DNA of 64,000 bases from Tetramitus jugosus (lineage: Eukaryota; Protista; Heterolobosea): NCBI GenBank assembly GCA_937625935.1, contig OW569354.1:62001-126000 (forward strand). The letters are read 5' to 3'. The translations under genes and the position numbers were made by a program. Within the stretch, counting starts at the first letter, position 1. Each line of letters opens with the position of its first letter. Positions 56,330 to 64,000 of the stretch are shown in pieces. Under the pieces are notes generated by a model. That model saw only the letters and a list, made by a program, of their open reading frames with translations. It did no database searches and was not told the DNA's origin.

Positions 56330-59300
56330 TCATTGTAAGAGGTTAATCTTCCAGGATACTTCACCCATAATCTCAGACACTTTCTTTGGTGTCTTTGTCT
56401 CGGGCACTGTTTGATTTTCGACCAGTGGCAGCTGGAATGATTCCTCGTACAGTTCCCGATGCTCCACGCATAGATTCATTAGAGAACTGAGTGCATTTTG
56501 GAGCTTCCTTGCATTATCAATCATACCAAAGAATAGCAAGGCCTCCAACAACCTTCCTATATCTGATTGAAGAGTCATGTCAGGTACCAGTGATTGAATT
56601 CTCGACACAACATTCTCTTCTTCGAATGGAGATCCCTTTCTGAGCTTGTGTCTCTTCTTCTTGTTACGTTGTGTTCTGTTGGAATAATGAGAGCTGGCAG
56701 TGATGGCAGTGCCAACAGAAACGCCAGAATAACCAGAAGTACCACTCTGAAGGGAACTAGTATCTGAGAAGGCATCAATATCACGTTGGAATGTCTCTCC
56801 GAACGCATCGTCGTGAGCAATTTGGGCCAATTGTTCTTCTCGCAATCTTTGCTTCTCTTCACGGATTTGAGCCAATCTCTTGAAGTATTTCTCCAACTTT
56901 TCTTTGTGCTCCTCAATCTCTTCCATCTTCTCGTCAAAGATGTCAGACACGGCAGGTCTAATATTCGTAATGACAAGATCGGAACGACCAGAGATCTGGG
57001 CAATGCGAAGTGCGTCATCCCAGAACAAATTCTTGATCAAAATCATAATTGCTTCTTCGTCATCCTTGAGATACTCACGAGTAACAAATGCAGAGTCTTG
57101 GGTCTTTCCTTGTCTTGTCAACACGGTGATGATATCTTGAGCGAGATATTTGATATCTGACTCACTCTGTTTCAAATCCTTGCATAGAGAGAAAGCAAAC
57201 TTGTACAAACCAGCCTCCTTGAATGCATCTTGAGCCTTCTCGAGGTTTCCGCTCTGCATGTAAGCAAAGGAAGCCTCTTGGTAGCTGTTTGTCTCTGTCA
57301 ATCTGTCACCATATGCCTCATAGATTGCCTTCAACTTGTCCTTGTCTTGAGCGTACAGCTCAATAGAGAGCTTGAACAACTTTTGTTGCTTAATGAGCTT
57401 CAATGCAGTTTCAAAGTGATCGTTACCTGCGAGCACAATACTACGAAGTGCTTTTTCCCATCGATTCAGGTACATGTTGATATTGTAGCGCTGAATGTTG
57501 GTTTCCTGCTTTTGTAGATTGGCAAGGAATGGCAAGTATTCCTTTGGATCCTTTTGAGAGTTCTGAGCAACCATCATGACTAGATCGAAATCGTACATAC
57601 CAAGTGCAACATCGTACAAAACATTGACATCTGCCAAGAAAATCAAATACTTCAATGAAGCCTCCGATGTAGAAGTGTCAATGAATCCTGATTCAACTTC
57701 AGTCACACGCAATGATCGAATACTTTCTAGAGCTTCTTCCAACTGTGGTGGATCGCTCTTTGCATAAGTGGTGATCATAGTTGTCAAGTACTTCTTTTGG
57801 TCAGCTCTTTGTGTCAATGCCTCTCTCACTGCCCGACAAACGAGGTTAATTTTTTGGCCAATGGCAGGATCTTCGACAGGTGTTGTCGAGTCCTTATGGA
57901 ATACGACATACTTTGTCTTGGTCACATCTTCATTTCGCAATTCAGACAGGAAAAGATTCAAGTAATCAGAGTTGGCAACCTTTTCAACAAACTCTGCTGC
58001 ATGTTGCAAGAATGCTTCTGGATTGAAATCATAAATCAGATTCATATCCAAAATATACTTTCTACAAATGACCACAGCCTCTCTATAATCAAACGCACGA
58101 AGCAGATTGGACAAATAAGCAAGAATGATGGCCTTTGGATAAATTCCTTCCAAGTTACCTCTTGGCATTTGCAAAACGACCTTGATGTCTAGTGGAACAG
58201 CTCGGACAATCTTTGCTCCTCTTTCGATATCTCTGAACGATTCGTCATACTTGGATGAAGGATTAGCAGTCGATAGATCAATAGCATCTTGAACACCAAG
58301 TTCCAAAGGAATCAATCGAAGCTTGTGGGAGAATGTTGTGAACAGCAAGAACTGATCATTCAACACAAAGGACGAGCAGTTGGAGGAGGCAATATTGGAC
58401 TGAATGAACAACACACCTCTATCAGTCAAACCAACCAATACTTCTTCGCCGGCCATTATGCATGCACCAATGGTTTGGCATGGTTGATGGAATGACTCAT
58501 CGAGTTCACTTGGAAAATCGTCAATTGGTTGAGAGAAAAGTGCGCCGCTGTCAGTCTCGACAAACAGCTTGCTTGTTGCATCGTGGAAAACAATTTGCAT
58601 AATCTTCTCTGGATATGGAATCTCCTCGATATTGGCAACAGTCAAGTTATCACGTGAATACTGAACACGCAAGAGTGTATCTGGATGAGAAGAGTCGGAT
58701 GGTAACACTCCATAAAACGTGTCATGAGAAACTTGTGTGATCAATCTTAACTTTCTAATGACTGATTGATCATCGGTGGTTGTTTGCAATGATCCGAGCT
58801 TCTTTGGTGGCAATCCAAACTTTGGAGGTCTTGGATCCGATCCCAGTTCGTAGACATCAATTGAACCATCAGACAATTGAACAAACATAGAATCAATACC
58901 AAAGAAGGATACTCTGTTGACATTTTGAGAGCAGGAGATGCTGGCAGCAGCCATTGGAGGTGGCACGAGAGCATACCTGAGTGGAGTAAAACGAACTTCC
59001 TTGCCATCGATGACAGCCATGGAACAAACATTGTTCTTTGCGAGAACTGAAGGCGAATCATGGTTCCATGCATAATCATATCTGTCATAGTTTCCATCAC
59101 TGGTAAACACGTGCAATCGCATTGGCAACTCAGAATCCCAAGTCACCAATCGTGGTTGAATATTTTCATTAGAGAATGACAATTCTTGCTTCAAATACCA
59201 ATGGTAATTGTTTCTGAACCACAATTGAATCACATCCTTGTTCGATGATGCTGCAGGAGTGAAATGCACCATTAACACATCAGATGTCAAATTCCACTGG

Positions 59301-60287
59301 ACACACTTGACGTTCGATTGACCCTGCTCCAACAAAAAGTCATAATGTTGCAATCCGTTCCGTTCAAAGAACACAATATTCGTCTTGTTCTGATTGGCCA
59401 AATATTGATGAGACGCAACGATGCTTCCATCGGGTCTATAGTGCAACGATTGCAACAAGCCAGGCATTGGCTCACTCTTGCTAAAAATGATTCCATCACG
59501 TTGCCACACTCGAATCCAAACATTGTTATTGTCATTATCATCATCACCACTTTGATCTACACTGCTCACAGCATACATTTGACCATCACCTCTCCAACTA
59601 ATCAACACTTTTTGTGATTCAATCATGACACTTGTTGCTCCTCCTTGTTGATTCTTGGATGATACTGCACTGACTGGATTGGCACTTGTAATTTGTTTGA
59701 TTGGCTTCGTGTCCAACGCATTCTCCACCAAGACTTCAAACTCCTTGGTCATTGTGAGCAGAGTGTTGGCACCAGTGGCAAAAACGACCAATTCTTGATC
59801 GGGTGACCACGACATGGCTCTCAATCCCTCTTGAATTACACCTACACTTTCACACTACACAATCAACAACAATCACAACAACAACAAAAAAATCAACATT
59901 TGTCAATTATCATCATGCTAAACAAAACAAGTAGTAGTAGTAGTGGTACATAAGAGAGTCGATTATACATCATCATACCTCATCAGAAAAAACCTTAAAA
60001 TTCAAAATATCACCCAAATCAGTCACAATACACAGTGATTCAAGCTCAGAAACATATTGAATGGCCAAAATAGAGGCCTCAGGGTTACTAATGCAACCAT
60101 CAAAATCATGAAGGTTCAACTGTTTTGTAATCTCACCAGTAAGCATGTCCAAAGCGAACAAAATTCCATTTTTGGAGACACCATAATAAAAATGTTTGTC
60201 AATGGATGTGTAACCGATAATAGTGTCATTTTGACTGTCAATGGGAAGCGAATAAAACGTTTCCTGAAGCAAGTGCAAATTCTTCAT
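56330..60287 (-). CDS. ELP1: Elongator complex protein 1 (IKAP/IKI3); intron 59855-59978
   Basis: 'MKNLHLL', 'WSPDQELV', 'ISWRGDGQ', 'FFERNGLQH', 'NYHWYLKQE', 'VVLQMPRGNLEGIYP', 'ALGMYDFDL..AQNSQKDPKEYLPFL', basic tRNA-binding region 'KKKRHKLRKGSPFEE'. Confidence 0.96.
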
Positions 60288-60486
60288 GGTGGTTGTTGTT
60301 TTTTTTTGTGTGTTGTTGTTTGATTTTTCTCAGTGTTGGTTTGTCGGTGTTTGTTGTTGTGAAATTTGGTGATCGGTGTTTTGTGAAGCGGTTCAATTTG
60401 CGCCTTGAAGTAATTTTTTTCTGAGATTGCACTGTGGGTGTTTGAACACTGGCTTGTTGGTTGTATTGCATAAATGTTGGTTTTGT

Positions 60487-61857
60487 TTATAGGCTATCGT
60501 CCAACAAGAATTGTTCAATGTCACGTCTCTGGGCCATTCTCTTGAACCCTTGCTTGTTTTCCTTGTGGAACTCTGACAAACGAACGCATCCCATGCACAT
60601 GCCATATTGAGCATATGGCGCAGTAATGATATTTTCTCTGCAGACAGGACAATCTGGCTCTGTTTCTTGTTGCTCTGCGTCATCAAATCTTAGCTTTAAC
60701 TTATCTCCCGTTCTCAGAATCGTGAACACTGTTGCGGGATAATTTTGTTGCAAGTAGGCAATAAAGGACTCTGTCACACCTTGAATCGAGTTCTTTGTCT
60801 TCCAGTCCACACTCGCACAAAACACACCAAACTTGGTCACTGGAACCTTTTGCAAATACAGGTAATGAGCAATTTCAGTCGCTAATATTTCTCTCATTGG
60901 TTGCAAAAAGACAACCTTTGTCTTGTTATCACTCTGAGCACCACTGGCATTGGCCAATGAGAACCTAAATGGCATCAGCAGAGGAATATTAGGCCTTCCC
61001 ATGGCTAAATTAGCCAATGCAGTAATGGCCAAATGAGTTGCATCTGTTCCAATCATCACATGCGAGAAACCAAGTTTCTGTGCATACATTTCCAATGCTT
61101 GCTTGATCAAAAACCTTCGCGCATCTTGAAGCTCAGAATTTTCTGCATTTTTTCCTTTGGCGCCCGTAAATCCCTCCATCAGCGAGTGATAATCGGGGAA
61201 AAATTCCTCAATGGAAGCGGTTGAAAAGCCCAAAAATGCTCCTTGATTGGCAAACAGCTCTCGAACATAATTCTCAAGCTCCAATACGTGATGATCACTC
61301 ACTAATTGATCATTTTGATGCTCTCTCAGATACACAACATGATACTTGAAGTGAATGGTCCGTTTTGCCTCATTTGCGTTACAATTGAGAATGCACTGTA
61401 AGAGTGCCAAACTTCTCAATCCTCCACTACATCCAATCAAAATGTTTTCGCCCTTTGTCACCAGTCCACAACGATCTGGATGACTCAATGACAACTTGAA
61501 TTGACGATAGAGGTCACTAATGAGCTTTTCAGATGAAATGGCTCCACCACGACGACCCATGTGAGATCCTCTTTCAATAATGGTGGTGGTGGTGGTTTGT
61601 GATGATGATGATTGGTCATTATTTTTGGTTGTTCGTATTTTGGGTGTGGGATGAGTGACACCAGAGTCTTCATTGGAAGAGCAACCTCCTCCACCTTCAT
61701 TGCTATTGTCATTGTTACTTGTTGTTGTGTCGTTGTTGTTGTTGTTGTTGTTTTTAGTAGTATTATTACAACATGTATTGTTGGTATTGTTGGTGGAGGT
61801 ACATGTTGTGGTGGTGGTGGTACAGTCACACGACTTTGTTTCGTCCGTACAGGTCAT
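60487..61857 (-). CDS. CTU2: Cytoplasmic tRNA 2-thiolation protein 2 (Ncs2)
   Basis: Degenerate PP-loop 'ILIGCSGGLRSLALL', 'VMIGTDATHLAITALANLAMGR', 'QPMREILATEI', 'SIQGVTESFIAYLQQNYPATVFTILRTGDKL', C-terminal CxxC...CxxC. Confidence 0.88.
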   Translation of the reverse strand: MTCTDETKSCDCTTTTTTCTSTNNTNNTCCNNTTKNNNNNNNDTTTSNNDNSNEGGGGCSSNEDSGVTHPTPKIRTTKNNDQSSSSQTTTTTIIERGSHMGRRGGAISSEKLISDLYRQFKLSLSHPDRCGLVTKGENILIGCSGGLRSLALLQCILNCNANEAKRTIHFKYHVVYLREHQNDQLVSDHHVLELENYVRELFANQGAFLGFSTASIEEFFPDYHSLMEGFTGAKGKNAENSELQDARRFLIKQALEMYAQKLGFSHVMIGTDATHLAITALANLAMGRPNIPLLMPFRFSLANASGAQSDNKTKVVFLQPMREILATEIAHYLYLQKVPVTKFGVFCASVDWKTKNSIQGVTESFIAYLQQNYPATVFTILRTGDKLKLRFDDAEQQETEPDCPVCRENIITAPYAQYGMCMGCVRLSEFHKENKQGFKRMAQRRDIEQFLLDDSL

Positions 61858-62029
61858 TTTTCTAGTTGTCTTTTTTGTTGTTTGATTTTTGTTTTTGGGT
61901 TGTTGTCGGTGTGTGAAGTTTTATGTGTGCCTTTGGAGAAAACTCCTGCTGCAATTCGAATTTTGCATGGAGGAGTTTTTTGATGGTTTGTTGTATACAA
62001 TGTGAGTGTTGGACTTTATCGATTTTTTG

Positions 62030-63824
62030 TTACTTGGTTCCGGTGGAGGGTGCATTTCCTACTTTTGGTTGACTACTCAAAGTTGTGCCAAACTCTTCAT
62101 TCCATGCAATCAACTCTTTGATATTCTTCTGTGACACTGTTGGTCTCACGCGACCGAGAGAGGCCTGGAAATCCTGGAGTGTGATTGCTCTCAATTGATC
62201 CGGTTGTAAAGTCAATAGTTGTTGACTGTTAATCTCACGAATTCCTACCATGGCGGACTCCTGACATAACGCTTTCATATCACTACCACTGTAACCTTCA
62301 GTCATGGACGCAATTTGATCGTAGTCTTGTGGACTCAAATTGACAACGTTGGATTTCAAGGCATTTTGAATGAGAGCTAGACGGGCTTCCTTATCGGGCA
62401 AAGGAATATAAATTCTCTTGATAAATCTTCGAAGAATGGCATCATCCAAATCATTGGGTCTATTGGTAGCTCCCATCACCAAGACACGATTGTTGTTTGA
62501 CGTGGAAGTCACTCCATCAATCTGCACCAAAAATTCAGTTTTCATTCTTCTGCTCGCTTCATTTTCGCCCGAGCTTCTACTGGTCAGGATAGAGTCGATC
62601 TCATCAATGAAAATGACACTGGGAGCCAAGTAGTTTGCAGCAGAGAACAATGCCTTGACCAATCTCTCTCCTTCACCTTGCCACTTGCTGACAAGAGTGC
62701 TGGAGCTAATGCTAAAGAATGTAGCTTGACATTGTGAGCTGACAGCCTTTGCTAAAAGAGTTTTACCTGTTTGTTCAAAGAAAAATTGCAAGTCAAAATC
62801 AGTTAAAACTACAACTAAACTATAAGAACAAAATGAATGATAACTTACCTGTTCCGGGAGGTCCAAACAACAACACACCACGAGCAGGAGCTCTCAATCC
62901 ATAGAAAATGTCAGGTCTCAGCGATGGTAAGACAATTGCTTCGTGTAGAACTTGCTTGGCATCTTTCAAACCAGCAATGTCCTCCCACTTGACAACAGTG
63001 CCCTCACTCTCCACAACTTGATACAAAATCTGTTGGAGAAGCTTTGGATCAACACCCTGTAGCTCTGGAATTTTTGACAAATCGTCAGAGATATCTCCTC
63101 CGGCTCCTGCGTTCTTTGTAACTTCTTTTGCTCTCTGTTGGGCTTGAGAGCTGGCGACAATGGAAGCTGGGATAGCACTGGCAGGATTACTGCCGCTTAA
63201 AGCTGTATTGGCTGAAGCAGATGATCTTTGTTGTTGCTGTTGTTGCTGCAACAATTGCTGCTGTGATGTGATAGTTCCTTGTTGCTGTTGAGAGGAGGGA
63301 GCGGTTGGAGCTCCAACGTTCGGATTGGTCATTGGAGATTTGGGTGCTACATTTTGATTGTAGGACATTCCTGGTGTAGTGGATTGTGCTTGTTGGTAAT
63401 AGGTCATGGGAGCAGATGGGTTCAAATTTGGATTCATTGGAGAACTAGAAAGTTGCGGTTGATTGTAGGGAGAGGGAGAAGTCATATGACTCGGAGAATA
63501 TGTATAGCTCTGTTGTGGTGGAGGTGGAAAGGAAGCTCGTCTTTGCTGCTGCTGCTGAGGTTGCTGTTGTGTCATTATACTATTGTACTCATAGCTTTGT
63601 GATTGTGAAGGGATTGACATTGAGATTTGATCAGTCTGATTCCAACTCTGTTGATTTCCGCCAATTGGTAGACCTGGCATATAGGATGGCATATGGGGAG
63701 GGTTGTTGGTTGGATAGGGGCACGAGGAAGAAGAAGCGGCTGAGCCCTGTTGGCCACCCAGTTGAAAATTATAGGGATTATTGGGGGAATTGAATTGATC
63801 GTACGGTACTCTTGTTGGATCCAT
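62030..63824 (-). CDS. Spastin/fidgetin-family meiotic-clade AAA ATPase; intron 62767-62848
   Basis: '[37 protein letters not shown]|KT', pore loop 'SKWQGEGE', Walker B 'IFIDEID', '[10 protein letters not shown]', 'WNEEFG'. Confidence 0.9.
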
Positions 63825-64000
63825 TGTATCGGTTTTTCTGCTCTGTTGTAGTGGTTCGTTTTGTGGTTGACTAAAAATCCAATAAATTGTTCGTCGATGA
63901 TCTCATTGTTAATTTTAGGAAGGAGTCGCAGTAAAATTACAACCGAAACTCAAGGGAACAATGTTCAAACACAAGGGACATCATGATGATTGTTTTAGGA

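Overview
Gene-dense eukaryotic (protist) genomic DNA with short GT-AG introns, very short intergenic spacers and CAA/Q/N-rich low-complexity tracts. The gene content (7TM-RGS receptors, a huntingtin orthologue, RCC1 and KCTD-type BTB proteins) looks most like a heterolobosean amoeba related to Naegleria; this placement is inferred, not proven. The window holds about 26 host protein genes, including HTT, PHYHD1-like, a PPR protein, a divergent CAP-H-like kleisin, RBM22/SLT11, NDUFA5, RRP43, HCCS, Zn-ADH, GST, ELP1, CTU2 and a spastin-like AAA ATPase. It also has two tRNA genes (Ile-AAT, Lys-CTT). Main observations: (1) A 5'-truncated non-LTR retrotransposon with a perfect 15-bp target-site duplication lies about 54 nt upstream of tRNA-Lys, head-to-head. 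A related 3'-end remnant sits in the same geometry upstream of tRNA-Ile. Together they suggest a tRNA-gene-targeted retroelement family, reminiscent of Dictyostelium TRE5. (2) An apparently intact 5.5-kb two-gene CACTA/EnSpm DNA transposon splits a BTB-discoidin host gene; it has an unusual second protein and an atypical target duplication. (3) ELP1 and CTU2, two steps of the same wobble-U34 tRNA modification pathway, are directly adjacent. (4) A giant adhesion-type GAIN/GPS-7TM-RGS receptor is present.
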